Shown here one piece after another: positions 38,893-53,547 of a DNA stretch of 64,000 nt (the first letter of the stretch is position 1; each line of letters opens with the position of its first letter). Below the pieces are notes generated by a model that saw nothing but the letters and a program-made list of their open reading frames with translations, searched no databases and was not told the DNA's origin. The DNA comes from Octopus vulgaris (taxonomy: Eukaryota). The stretch is from NCBI GenBank assembly GCA_951406725.2, contig OX597831.1, positions 16,182,001-16,246,000 of the forward strand, given 5' to 3'. The translations under genes were made by a program, and so were the position numbers.

Positions 38893-40692
38893 TATATATA
38901 TATATATGCGTATGTATGTATACTGTAATATTAATAGCATTTTCTATACCTCGAAACTTGTTCGTAGATATAAAAAAATATTGCATTTAACTGGAAACGT
39001 GTCTTTCTCCTACAGGGATTCTTTTTTATTTCATTAATTTATGTTGATGCTGACATTTATCTACGAAATTTTGCAGGCATTCCATCATTAATTTCTTATT
39101 TCCGTATGATAGCGATGAACTGACAGGATTGTGAGCACAACGGGCAAACATGCTAAGCTGCATTCGCCCGTCTTTACTTTCTGATATCGAATGCGGCCGG
39201 TGTCGAATTTGCTTTTCTTTCGAATTCCATGAAATAACTACAGCTGATGTACTCGGGTCGACGCAATCCACCAGCCCTTTCTCTCCAAAGTTCAGGACTT
39301 ATTACTTTGGCAGATAGGATTACTGTTGTTTACGTAGAATCTCTTACAATGAAATACATCTTAGGTACCACTATAATGAAGGATCACAATGACCTTACGC
39401 ATGCACTTGAAATGACGCCATAGTGTTATTACCCTAATGGACGTTCTTTGTTTACAGCCATTTGAATTACTTTCATATTGCTTTCTTCGAATAAAATATC
39501 TCAGATGACTCTCAAGATTCATGTTTACATCTGGTTTGCAGTCTATCGAACACCTTTCATTGTCTCACCCACCAGCAATGGTCGCCGCTTTTTCTCTGTC
39601 TTTCATGCGGAACGCAAACTCATTCGTTTCGCTGTTACGGAGTGCGAAGTCCGGTTATTACAAAATATTTAAAAAAACTAATTACAGTCATGCAAAGAAT
39701 TATTAATGAATATTTGTCAGAATTTTATTTACCTCCGTCATAATAATAAGAGTTTGGACATTTATCTCTGTCTTCCAAATAAAATGCAGTTATGATTTAC
39801 CCCGAAAAATAAATACATGCATAAGGTGTGTAAGCATTCTATCTTCCTAATATAAATATTTGCCCATGAAATATAGCTTCATCTGTTCATTTTGAAATCC
39901 ATTACCTCCAGGTTGCTATGATGAGGGGCGCAAACATGTTGCAATTCGATACGGATGCGAATGACCCCATATTATCAACAACTGTCACTGGCATAAGTAC
40001 TTCATCTGGAAAAGATATATGTGATACTGGTTTATATCATATAAAATCAAAAACAGAACACAAAGGATATCGCGGTACACGTGTTTCAAGCTTTATAAAC
40101 AACCCGTTCTTACATCAGTGTATAATTAATGTAAAAGATGGTTTAAAGCTCTCTTCAGCCGCAAACATTGTTATTCCAAAGACTTACATCACACTATAAA
40201 AAAAGTACATGTAGTATTACTCATTATAATAGGTATATCATATGTCCATGAGAAAGTGTATTTATAAAATTTCGTAAGTGTATAACTGTATAAAGATTCA
40301 TTGGATTTCGAAACTCTGCCCATACTGTATAACCAGTCAACATAGAGTGACTGTTAAATAGATTGAAAGGGGTTAATATTAACTTCTCTTGTAAAGATAG
40401 GAAGGAAAATAGGAAGAAAAAAGATAGAAATAAAGAAAAAATAGAGAAATAGAGAGAAAAAATAAACGTTAAAAAATAAGAAATAAGAAATAAGGGGCAA
40501 GGATACTGGATGTAAAACTGGTTTAGAAGGACACCTATAAAGATACGTAGCATTTTAATTATATATTACAATTTGAAGTCATTTAGTCAATGAGCCCTCT
40601 GTGAATTAGACATACAAATAAATTGTTAGTACAATGTTATTTAGTTTCCACATCCCCTGTGTCAAAACAATTAGCACTGTACTTTGAGTAAG

Positions 40693-40984
40693 TGGAGTCA
40701 CATGACCTAGTGGTTAGAGCAGTAGACACTCGGTCGAGGGATCGCGCGTTCGAATATCAGACCGGGCGATGTGTGTGTTTATGAGCGAAACACCTAAGCT
40801 CCACGGGGCTCCGGCAGAAGGTAATGGCGAACTTCTGCTGACTCTTTCGCCATAACTTTCTCTCACTCTTTCGTCCTGCATCTTGCAGCTCACCTGAGAC
40901 GGACCGGCATCCCTATACGCCAAGGAAACCGGGAAACCGGCCCTTATGAGCCATGCATGGCTCGAGAAGGAACAAACAACAACA
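40693..40984 (+). mobile_element. SINE family 2 with 13-bp TSD
   Basis: tRNA-like head, GTTCGAAT B box, (AAC) tail; TSD TACTTTGAGTAAG at 40680-40692 and 40985-40997. Confidence 0.9.
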
Positions 40985-42277
40985 TACTTTGAGTAAGCGA
41001 AATACTTGTCTTTCTTCTCTGGAACAAAATGTACAATGACAGTTTTTACACACGTGAATGGGAAAATTTTTTGCAGATTCGTTACCGCATCGAGGAAAAT
41101 GCTCAACTTTATTTCAAAAGGCACCAGATTCGACTTCCTCCTTCTTCCTTTGAGGTTCAATGAAATTAGTGCCAACTTTTTATTGAGGTCAATGTAATTG
41201 ACAAACCCTCTTTATTTACATATCTATATGCTTACATATAAAAAAAAAGGTGCATACACACACACACACACATACATACATTTAACTACCTAACAGTTCG
41301 CCAATATTCTACTCTACCATATTTCCATACCCACAGTTTATACAGGTAGAGTAAAATAGTTAGTGAACTGTTAGGTAGATAAATGTGTGTATGTGTGTGT
41401 GTATGCACCATTTTTTCTATATGTAAGCATATAGATATGTAAATAAACAGATCAACATATAGACGGATAGGTTTATAGGTTACAAGAACAGACACGTATG
41501 GAGACAGGGATCCACACATATAAAGATGCACATCCATACATACAAACATGGTAGATAGTTGCATAACACACACACACACACACAGACATGCACACACAAG
41601 GAGACAGAGGTACATACATATACAAACACATGCTCACACACACATACATAGAAAATACACAAAGACAGACATGCAAGCACATAAATATGCAGGATACATA
41701 CATACAGATGCACACACATACATAAATATATACATATGCATATACACACAGATATATACATACATACACATGCAAACACACACATGCATACATACGTACA
41801 TGCATACATATATAGGCGCGCGCACACATACACACACACACACTAACCCACACACATGTGCACAAACAAACAAAAGGGAAGGCAGTGTAAATAACGGAGA
41901 GAATCAAGACTATTGAAAAGGTTGCAAGGAAAATAAAAATAAGAAATAAGTGGAAATTTTACCGCTGAGTGTGTTAAATAATAAGGCACAAAACGAAAAT
42001 GACTCTCCCCAGACACAACAGAATATGCTTCGACACACGAACTCATATAAAGAATCTTGCAAACCAAATCCCAAAACAAAATATTTGAATGCATCATTTG
42101 CGATAAAAACAAAGCTAATGCCAAAATTTTCTCACCAAAGCAATCCTGATAAACGAGTTCCTGGAAGAATTCACCGCACACCTCGTCAGTAAGTTGCAGG
42201 CACACTTCAAATAGCTGAATTCGTCTAGAACATAGAAGCTACACTGAGAAGATATTGTTATAAAGTTAACTAAATAC

Positions 42278-42400
42278 ATATAATGGCATATTCTGGTAAA
42301 GCTGCGTAGTCGAAAAAGTCTGCTTCTAAGAGGTTCATTTTGAAACCACTGGGAACCGCATTCGATCTCACTGCGTGATAACCTGTGTGTTCTACTGTAT
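42278..42400 (-). CDS. probable exon 3 of paralog B
   Basis: gtccag|ATAC...|GTATTT, 123 nt, open in phase 2: YSRTHRLSRSEIECGSQWFQNEPLRSRLFRLRSFTRICHY. Confidence 0.5.
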
Positions 42401-42829
42401 CTGGACCAACAGATGTTTTGTGAGTGACATACGTTACAAAGAAACTGCGTAGAACATCACGTTCGCGCACGCACACTCACGTACACACATAGGCATACGC
42501 AGTCATACTTATGTATTGGTAGAGGGTGCTGAAGTTAAATCTGATAGTTTGCATGAAAGTAAACGAATGCCCAATATCCCATCCGAATCTAAATGTATTT
42601 TTTAAAATTCGAAATGATAAAAAATATTATCTCTGGAAGCTTACAGAAAGTAGTCCTCCTCAGCTTCCACCAGGAAATAAGGACGGTTCCGGTAATATTT
42701 CTGCGCCTAGTAAGGTCTTCGAGCACCTCGTTTATTTCCATCATGTCCCTTAGCTTTCATTGTTGTAGGTAGCGTGGTTCGCGTTTTACACGAGCGCACC
42801 GACGCGTGGGATTCCAATCGGAGGATTAG

Positions 42830-43222
42830 CAACTACAAGAAGATCCAGACCTTCATCAACAGGTGTCTTCGCCAAATCCTCCATCTGAAGTGGTTCGACA
42901 CAGTGCCAAACACGGACCTGTGGGAAAAGGCCAACCAGGAGCCCATACATGTTCAGATTAGACGAAGGGAATGGAGATGGGTCGGATAAACACTGCGGAA
43001 AGAACGCTCAAATGTGACACGACAAGTAATTGACTGGAACCCGCGGGGTAAAAGGAAGCGAGGACGCTCGAAGCAGACATGGAATCGGAGCATTTTGAAC
43101 GAGCTCAGGACGACCGGCCGACATGGGAAGCAGGCAAGAAACACGCCAATGACCGCAAAAAGTGGAAAACAAATGTTGAGGCCCTACGATCGAAAGGGGC
43201 AAAAAAAGGATTAAGAAGAAGA
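42830..43222 (+). mobile_element. RTE LINE 3' end
   Basis: KIQTFINRCLRQIL..W..QIRRREWRWVG..WNPRGKRKRGR; (AAG)n tail. Confidence 0.85.
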
Positions 43223-43615
43223 ATATCTCAAAGAGATTTGAATGTGTTTAAGCAAGCGGACTCTGTCAGAGTGTTTGGCATGTACCACTTGCTAGCTATA
43301 ATTCTAGAAGCAACTTTTGCACCCCTCCTTCATAAGTCTTACAAATTCTAAGGCGCACTCAGGAGCTGCAAATATGGTCGGAATTATAGTATCTGGTATG
43401 AATCCTCATGGTGAAAGTGAATCTTTTCTAAAATTTAGACAATTTCCCCTCCGCCACATCCGCTAAATCCATATGCTCTACAATGCTGTTCCCTGTTCAA
43501 CCATAATTCAAGAAGTTCTGTTAAACAGAGGATACATAAAATTCGCCGTATTTGACTCTAAGTGTGCACTTTGTGTTGCATGGATATGTATTCATACATA
43601 GATATGCATACACAC

Positions 43616-43665
<50 letters not shown>

Positions 43666-44200
43666 GTAGATAAGTTTGTATGTATGTATGTGTGCGTGCG
43701 TGTGTCTGTGTGTGTATTTACATCGGGGAAATTTACGTCGCATTATATGCGATTTCCCCCATTGTTAAGATATAGCAAATTTCGTACTTCACGATTGTGA
43801 AGATTACCACATCTCCAGTTTGGATTTTGCGGCTCTTGAGATTGAACATTAGGAAAGATTGTCATAGCATCCACATTTAGATCGGGATCATGTAACGCCA
43901 GTGTGAGGGGACGGTGTGGGTCTTCCATTCCTTAGAACCACAAGCCCTCTCATTAATCTATCTTGTCGTATCCGATTCAGAATGGCGTGGTTCACAGCGA
44001 ATACCTCTAAGCCAAGGTGAGCAAACTTGATTAATATGTTCCCCACATTCTTATAATAGAAACAGTCAAAAATGAATTTTATAGAGTTGAACAAACACAT
44101 ATTATACCTGGATGCATGCATGACATACAAGGCATAACGAAATGAATGAATTCATCAGAGTCAGCATGAGATAATGTTCATAGTATAAAGATAACTTTAC

Positions 44201-44303
44201 TTGCAGTAGTTAACATCGTATCCTTCTTTTTCAGGATACGACTCCCTGGCTTTGTCGCAGGTTTTGTTTGCCTTCTCCATACAGAAATCAGCCGCACCAC
44301 ATC
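44201..44303 (-). CDS. exon 2 of small secreted Cys-rich protein, paralog B
   Basis: ccacag| ... |GTAAAG, 103 nt, phase 1 to 2; (G)[33 protein letters not shown](K). Confidence 0.75.
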
Positions 44304-44483
44304 CTGTGGATTCAACAGCAAATGGTCACATATTATAGACATATATATTATAGAACTTCTATCTATAAATGTTCTAAAATCTTTCACAGCCTTGGATTTT
44401 TATCTCATTCTGAAAATTCATATATATGTATATACATACATCTATATATGTATATATATACATATATATATGTGTATATATAT

Positions 44484-44545
<62 letters not shown>

Positions 44546-44589
44546 TATATAGGCGCAGGAGTGGATGTGTGGTAAGTAGCTTGCTAACC

Positions 44590-47500
44590 TCACTGACTGA
44601 AGAGTGACTTGGCTTACCTTACTACGGTTTTGACGCGTTTTCTTCCAGGTAAGAGTTTTGCTGTGTTGTTAATATTACTTCGTACCATCTGCAACTTGTT
44701 GAATTTTACTACTGAAAATTTGTTTTTGAACGTTGTTGAACTGTCTTGTTCTCCGGTTTTACCGGGGAATAATTGGATAATTTGTTACTGTTGAACTGTT
44801 AGCCATTGTGGCTTTTTTATCTACGTGGCTGTGTATAGTCTTGCCAGACTATCTTCGTGCCCCTCCCCCGAATGGGGGTGGGAATTAAACCTAATTTTTG
44901 AACTGCTTTTTACCACTCATTGAACTGCTTGGAAGAAAAACTTTTTATAGGTTTCCCAGTTTTATGGGAAACCAATATTTGTATATTTCTGTTGCCTATT
45001 ACTAATTTCAACAGAATAATGTCTGTTGAGATTATTCACGAAAATAGTGCTCTTGAGGAGAGCAATGTTGATAACTGTAGTAAAAAAAGGTCGGGCGGTA
45101 ACCGCAGTGGCAACCGAGAACATTGACATCAATGTCAATCAGCTCGTCGAGCTATTTAAAAGAATGAAAGAGGAGGGTGGTGATGTTAAAATATCACCCT
45201 CCGCCAGTATCGTGGAGACAGAGAAGCGGACCGTAGTGTTTAAAACCTTCTGTCCACAAAGCAGAAGGTTAAAACACTTTGAAAATAATACTATCGAGAA
45301 ATGCCTGTCCCCGATTTGGAAGGACATTGTGTACGTCGCCAAGGGACGGCATATGGCATTGTGGAGGTCCGCTTCTCGGGGGAAGATGTGGCCTGTGGGC
45401 ATTCTGTGAATCCCCTAAAAACCAAGGAGGTGGTACTTCTGCCAACCTATATGGGACGCAGGACGTCCCGGGTCAGGATTGAAGAAGCACCGCTGGAAGT
45501 AGATCCCGTAGAGTTAGTGGCCGCCCTGTTATATAAAAAGACGGACAAAATTAAAATATTGCAGGTAACATGCTCTGCCCCTGAATATTGGCTTGGGCGA
45601 GACATTAATGTAATAATTCAAGGAACACAGGAGGACCTGCAGCTCCTTCCTGAGAGGGTGCTCGTGGGCGAGAATGTGGCCCTCAGGGTACAGGTCGAAG
45701 GCCGATAACCCACCTGTTACGCCTGCGGCAAAAAGGACCACATTCGTGTTGACTGTCCAGACAAGCAAAAGAAACCGCAGAGACCAGGCCCCTCAGATAA
45801 TAAAAAAATCCCTACCCTTGCAAACTCAGCTACCGCTGCAAAAACAAAAAGTCCCACTCCTGCTGTTACGGTGCCAACCCCAAAACAAACTGGCAAAAAA
45901 AAACAGCCCTTGCACTCACAAACCCCTACATTATTAAAACCTCCCACCCCCTTAAAAACTGCGGCGCCTACTTAACAAAATATTGCTACCCCAGACGATA
46001 CCATAGAGGTATCAGAGGGTGGATTTACAACAGTTCGTAAAAGAATTCGTGCATCATCCCCGTCCACATCCTCTACAAAAAATAATAAAAACAATGACAC
46101 ACCACAGACACCAAAATAAATCCCGCTTAACTGGCCCAGAAAAAGAAGACAAAAAAATGAACTCATATTAATTGAATATGATACACAAAACAAATATATC
46201 AACGATATTGTGGTTCCGTATCACACAGCAAGTCTGTACAACAAACACAAAGATCGAAACGAAAGATATGCGTGGATTGCGGAAACAACGTTCAAACAAT
46301 TTAAAGACAGACACCCAAACGCCATCCGGCGTATCGCGAACTTGCCGGACTATCTGAAGAAGGAAGAGAAAGAATGGGCCCACAAATGTGTGGTGAGGTC
46401 GGCCCCAACCTCTCCAACGAAATGTAAGTAGAACTTTTACTTTTTGTAATGGCTTCTCTTAACCTTGGTTGTTTAAATGTGCGTGGTCTGAGTTCGAAGT
46501 AGAAGCAGGCTTGTTTCCTCGAAAACCTCAGATCACATGATATACATTTGATGGTTGCTACAGAAACAACACTGGACAGCCTACAAACCTCTTCGCCTCT
46601 CCTGAATGGCTACGAGAAAATCATGTCTCCTGGCCAGACCGGAGGGCGAGGGTGTGTAGTGGTACTGATCCGGAAAGACTTGGCTTTGCAGACAAATACA
46701 GTCTATGTGGACCCTGAAGGTGGGCTGGTCGTTCTTGATGTGACATACAGCAGTAAGCCCTTCAGATTGATCGGACTCTATGCACCTTGTGCTAGAGTTT
46801 TCCAAACTGATTTTCATCGGCTCCTAGAGGGCTTTCTCGTGACGTTGAAGACTTTAGTGATATTAGGGGACTTTAATGCTATCGTTGACGTACACATCGA
46901 TAGCGTTGGCTCGATCTATAGGAAAGTGAACTCACGACTCGTGGATCTGCTTAAGCGGTTGCAGCTTGCAGATCGTTACAGACTTGACCATCCGAACGTC
47001 CCAGAGTGAACCTTGATGAGTGGCGACGGAAGGTTCAAGTCTTATCTAGACAGGATAGTGATAAGAACTAGAGATAAGTCTAGTTTTAGTTGTCCACAGC
47101 TCGTCCAGGTGCCCTATACTGACCATAAAATGGTCGTATGTTGACTGGGCATAGATAGGAATCGGCTACTGGAAGCTGAACAAGTCTATTTTGACTCGCG
47201 AGGCATACCGTAGCCGGATTAAGGAGTTAGTGCAGATGGCGTTAACCGGTGCCGTGGTTAATAACCGGTGGTGGTTAGCCCTCAAAAGAGCCATTCGATT
47301 CGAGTCCACTAGATTTAGTAAACAACTAAGACTTGATAGGGCTAGAATAGAAGGGCAACTAGTTAAGAACTTAGAGGAGGCGTTGAGGTTGCGCTCTGCA
47401 TCTCACATTTTAGCGGCGAGAACGGCATTAGACCCTCACCTCAAAACCAAACATGAGGGATGTAGAGTTCGGACTAAAGTACGAGCATTGGGCCGTGAGG

Positions 47501-49380
47501 GAATTAATGTTGCCGGATGGGCCCGTACGATAGAAACACAGCGTGGAAACGATGCCACAATTGGGTCTCTTGTTGATGAAAACGGATGCAAGGTCAAGAA
47601 GCGGGACGAGATGTGTGAGGCACTTCACAAGCACTTGGCCGAGTTGTTCGGGAGGTGCGGGACGCTGGATCATGGTGAGGCCCCTAGGGACTTCATGTCT
47701 GGTGGCCCGCGTCTCTCGACACGAGAGTTTGAGTGCTGTGAAGGGCCAATCACAGCCGAGGAAGTAATCGAGGTGTTGGGAAAATGCCCCGGGGAGAAGT
47801 CACCGGGTCTCGATGGTCTGCCCTATGAAATTTATAAAAGTATGCCAGACTTGTTTGGGCACCTGCTGGCTAGCGTCTACGCCAAATGGCAGCAGAATGG
47901 CAGAATTCCCACGTTTGCGAGCCGGGGGGTGGTGACGTTGATCAGGAAGGACCCGAGCAAGGAGGACGAGATAGGGAACTTCAGGCCCATAACTCTGTTG
48001 AACGTAGAGTTAAAGATTCTGGCCAAGGTGCTAGCAAAAAGGTTGGCGCCGGTCGTGGACAAATTGTCGGGGAAGCACAAACGAGCGCTATCCCTGGCAA
48101 AACGATCCACGATAATCTCCACCTAATACGCTACTCCTTGGAGAGGGTGGGGAAGCTTTCTGGCGCAGGGGGAGCACTGGTACATTTAGGCCAGTCCAAA
48201 GCATTTGATAGGGTCGACCATCTTTACTTGGTGGCGGTCCTCGGAGAGGCTGGCCTAGGCCCGACCTTTCGAGGTTGGATCGCTGCTTTGTATAGCAACA
48301 TCGAGTCTGTAGACAAGATGAACGGTTTCTTTTCGAAGCCGTTCAGGATCGAGCGTTCAGTTTGTCAGGGGTGTCCCCTGTCCTCGCTCCTATACGTATT
48401 GGCTCTTGAGCCTTTACTGCTGAAGTTGGAGGCACTAGGGGGCGCGCCGCATGATCTATGGTGTGGAAGAGGAGCTACGGCGTATGCGGATGACACCTCC
48501 ATCATCGTGGCAGACGAAGGCCAGCTTCCAGTGGTGGAAGAGACCATCAAAAGCTACGAGGCGGTGGCAGGAGCAAAGGTTAACAAGGACAAGTCGGTCG
48601 GTTTGCAACTCGGCACCTGGAGGGGCAAGCCGATGCCGTCCAATAACGTCGTAGGGCGTTGGACGGAAGGTCCTGTTAAGATACTCGGTGTCTGGTTCGG
48701 GCCAGACCTCCAGATTTAGAAAAATTGGAGTGAGGTGACCAGCAAGGTGACTGCTCTAACCCAGATCTGGTCTGGGCGGGCTTTATCCCTGCTAGGGAAG
48801 GCGGAGGTGGTGCAGATGTTTATAACATCAGTAATCACCTACCGTCTGACCGTGGTGCCTCGCCCCGATTTGTGGCTGAACAAGTTGGAGAGAATCCTTT
48901 TCCGCATTTTGTGGAAAGGAGGAAAGCCACTTGTAAAGCGCTCTGTCTGCTGCCAGAAACCGCTAAATGGTGGGCTAGGGATGCTTTGGCTGAGGATGCG
49001 AAAACTCGCGTTAAGGTATAGGCATCTCTGGCTTTACCTGGATAGAGAGCAGGTGTGGTCACCGCACGTCCGGTTCTACCTTCCCCAGTTAACATCCCTA
49101 ACGGACATCGGTGCATGGATCAAGCGGAGACCTAAACTGGGTGAATGGAAATTTGGAGTGCCATCAGGCGCTCCAGCTACTCTCTCGGGCGGGCAACGCC
49201 GGCAACAGGAGTTCCACCACGGATTTCTATAGCGGGTTAGTTGAGGTTAAGTCCGAAGACGCCTTGGGGAAGACCCTGGGCTACGATGAAATTCAGTTGG
49301 TCAACCTGTTCCGGAGGACGTTTGGGCCGGGGTATTTGGATAATTACCAGAAATCCCTGGCCTGGCAGTGTTTCCGTGCG
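44590..49380 (+). mobile_element. Tx1/L1-group LINE, 3'-truncated, multiple stops and frameshifts
   Basis: ORF1 from ATG 45019 with CYACGKKDHIRVDC knuckle; ORF2 from ATG 46449: LNVRG, GDFN, TDH, SPGLDG, NFRPITLLN, QGCPLS, AYADD. Confidence 0.92.
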
Positions 49381-49629
49381 GAAAATCGCCAACTGTCGCA
49401 CACACACACATATATATATGCGCTCCTGTTCATACCTACACATACGCGCCCGCACACCATGTGCGTGCACCTAAGAGTATACATTCATTCATCGTCACTT
49501 GAAAACGTACACATCATAACTCTCATCCTTCGCCAAATGTATATGTATATACGTACAAATCCACACACACGAACGCGCACCATAAAGGTCCATACACACG
49601 TCTATATATACACAAGCACATACATATAT

Positions 49630-49713
<84 letters not shown>

Positions 49714-49873
49714 ATACATTTGTGTATGTATATACAAACACGCACACGCTATTAAAATAGTTCGTTTTGGACTCCGTACTGCTTCCAGGCCCCTAATGTG
49801 TGTGTGTTGTTGTCCATGTAAATATGTAAATTTTAGATGTCTAAAGAACAGGAATCAAAAGGAGACTACTTAC

Positions 49874-49910
49874 CAACAATAAGAATCCATATGCACATGA
49901 GAGATTTCAT
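49874..49910 (-). CDS. signal-peptide exon of paralog B (MKSLMCIWILIV-G)
   Basis: ATG 49910-49908, 37 nt, phase-1 GTAAGT donor, in frame with 44303. Confidence 0.75.
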
Positions 49911-51814
49911 AGCAGACATTTGCAGAATCGAACCAAGCTTTAATCAAACTTAGCCTTTGCCACACTGACATAGAAGAGAGTGAGAATTCAGGTGACATAT
50001 GTTGGCGTCACTAAATTAATTAGTGCGTTTGCTGTTATATAAGTCATTTATAGATGTAATAATGTCATCTCTAGATATATTTAGTGCATTCGTTGACATG
50101 TGACATATTTGACTTAAGAATATATTCGTCAAATTTGTCAGATATATGTGAGGTTGCTCCTTGTATATTTACAGATTCTTGCTGTCAGTCTTCCTGTTAC
50201 TTAATTTTCTTTCAATTTTGATAGACTCACTGTATCAATTCCGCTTCATGGCACAACCAAATATATGAAAACTACTGCGAACATTACCCTCATCATCGCC
50301 AAAAAGATATCGTGTCTTCTTGTATTAACCATTGGTTTATTCTATGTTCTGAGCCTTTGTTCCCGTTTCATAATTATATAACCACATTTACACTTTCTAA
50401 GAAGTTCTTTATTGTTTTGAAGCTTTTCATAGTACATCAAATCTCATGTCTGCTACTTTTCCTTTCTAATCAAGTCTCAATTGCAGCACTGTCCACATAG
50501 CACACTCTTATCGATAATCAATATTTTGGACCTTATTCTGTAATGAAGTGTGATTATAGTTGTGCTACGAAGCCACAACATTATAGCTGAGCTGCTAAGT
50601 CACTCGACTTTCCACCAAAATAAATTCGTCTAATTGCCGTCCATTCATGTCAGAAAGCACGGAAGTTATTTTCTACTATTTTTCGGATGCGTGTTTTGTT
50701 TGCAATGATGTTTTCTTTTTTTAAACTTCATGATTTATGGGCTCACATTTCCCTTATCAGTGGTGCCCTCACGGTAACTGGTCTGTTTGACTTCTGCAGA
50801 CGTTAGAGAGTATACCCTATTTTTTTAAATAAAGATTTCATTAAGCCCTTTATTGGTAGAATACTCGGACGAGACTTACTGAGGACGAATAGTTACAACC
50901 CCAGTCAATTGATAAACAGTATCACTTTCAGACCAGCCGTCGTATATATCGATATATAGTTTCACATAAAAATATGTTGAGAAGATAAATAATGGCATAA
51001 CCATATATTTCCATGTAAAAACTTAGATGGAAAGAAGTATTTTAGTTATATTTAACCGGATATTTCCAACTTTGAAGTTCAGGAGGTTTTCAGCGTGTTA
51101 TATATGGAAACATATTTCTTACTAAATATAATTTACTTGATACGAATACTAAACATTCATGAAAAAGGTTTACACTATTTAGGTATTTTATTTTTTAATA
51201 TTTTATATTACTTGCCTCAGGAAAATTTGTCACATTTTACAATATAATTTTAACGTTATATCTGGTGGTGCTGTAGGAAACAGAAAAATTGTCCTTCGGT
51301 CTACATAGCATCTTTCTAAATGATTCGGTAATATTCTTGCAATAAGGCTATAATTTATTCTATAACATATTCATTGCCATTCTTGTCTTTACCTAACATT
51401 GATAATGTTCATTACTAGCGCAGATCATAGAGTCTGATGACAATGTAGAATGTTAATCCATTATCAAGACATATTGGTTTTAAATTCTGAGACAAGGACA
51501 GCAATATCGGCAGGAGTAAATCGAATACAACGATCATAATAATCAACTGGTACATATTTACCGACCGGAGCGGTAACATTCTGCCGGCTCATGACCTCAA
51601 ACCATCAAGGTATATTAGAATTAAGTTTATAATTGTGATTAGGATTCGTTTGTAAATTAAGATGAGGCGTTTCGGTGTAGCAACTACTTCTATGGATATT
51701 CTTCTGCTAGCTGGATCAGAAAAGTTTGATATATTTATGACGTGAGTTGGGACATTTTGAAGGTTTTTGTAAATTAATGGAAATTTTAGTATCGTGTATG
51801 TAACTATTTATCTA

Positions 51815-51888
<74 letters not shown>

Positions 51889-51897
51889 ATATGTCTG

Positions 51898-51941
<44 letters not shown>

Positions 51942-51961
51942 CATATCTATCTACATATATG

Positions 51962-52033
<72 letters not shown>

Positions 52034-52994
52034 ACAAAAGTAAAAGCATCAAAAATAATTAAAATATCTTTTGTCTCTTGTCAATATTGGTAAACAACTA
52101 TATCAGACAAACATCATTTTGGTTTAAGAATATGGTATAGTTTGTACTTCCATATGCATTTGACAAGAATCTTTGAAGTTAGCGACGTATCAAATTGAAA
52201 CGAGCGTTCCGGTTAAAACCAGTTTACGACCGCAATGGCCACAAATCCTGGAGAAGTTTCAAATAGGCCATATAATTTCTATACAATCACACTGCAACTA
52301 GTCAACATTCACATTTATCAAGACGACATTTACCAACTCTGATATATCAAGGAATATTTTTGCTAAGCTTCAGTGTCTAGTATCGGAAGAATGCCACTTC
52401 GCATAATAGCAATTGCTTTCAGCAGCACATTTCTATTAGCTTATTAGCATCACCTTTCTTCCACATGTACAATGGGTAGAACCAAATATGCTTTAGAACA
52501 ATTTGCATTCAACTAATGAAAACCCTACAGAAAGCGAAAAAATTCACGTGTTCTGTGTTAATTATTATTATGAATTTTATAGCATTTTCTAGTCGATTAG
52601 AATGAAAAAGTGGCAATGTAAAAGTACAGGCATTTTATAAAATCCGAAAGGGTTTTCGTTGTTGTAAATTGCATTGAAAAGGCCATTACAAGTTCAAATG
52701 TAGCACGAAAATAAAGTTTGTTAACACGCATAGAGAAACACACAGGCAGACAGCTAGCTAGAAAACCGATAGACAAAGATAGATGTGCATGCACATATAA
52801 AAAAAATATAGTATAATGCTCGAAATGAGAACTAGATAGACAGCCGACAACGGATGAAGGGTCTTTTTCTATGTATTTTCTTGTCCCGTTTTTCATTTTC
52901 CCGTTGTCTCCGTATTTAACTTTTTCGTTTACCTATTTCATGTCATTTGCATCGTCCGGGGAGTCCTGTACACACACACACACATACATACACA

Positions 52995-53110
<116 letters not shown>

Positions 53111-53160
53111 CGTGCAAACATAAAAATAGAACTAAAGATATAATTGTATATTTCTAGTAA

Positions 53161-53547
53161 TCTTTATATATATAAGTGAGGTTGTGTGTCTTTCTCCTAC
53201 GATTTAGATTCCTAACTACTCCCACATTTTGCGGTGCAGTTTAACCAAAACTTACAGTCGTGATTCATATCGAGCCGTTCTGGGTATTAGCGCTCGTCTA
53301 CGATGAGTCTACGATTTTAAAAATAATTTATCATCATTTTTTCCCCTTTTAATGCATTTTAGCTATTATATAAGGGAAGTAACTCTCTAAAAATGTCAAC
53401 GATGAGTCAACGATTTTTAAAAAATTACCATAATTTTTTTTTCCATTTTTAATGCATTTTTTGCTATTTTTTGGGTTATAATTCTCTAAAAATGTTTATA
53501 TTGTTATTTCCCTTACAAACCCGAGCAACGCCGGGCGATACTGCTAG
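53161..53547 (+). mobile_element. non-autonomous Helitron
   Basis: A|TC start; subterminal hairpin CCCGAGCAACGCCGGG; CTAG|T end. Confidence 0.85.

Noticed and set aside
42150-42195. Hammerhead-like CTGACGA on the minus strand
   Set aside because: The GAAA core and stems are not intact.
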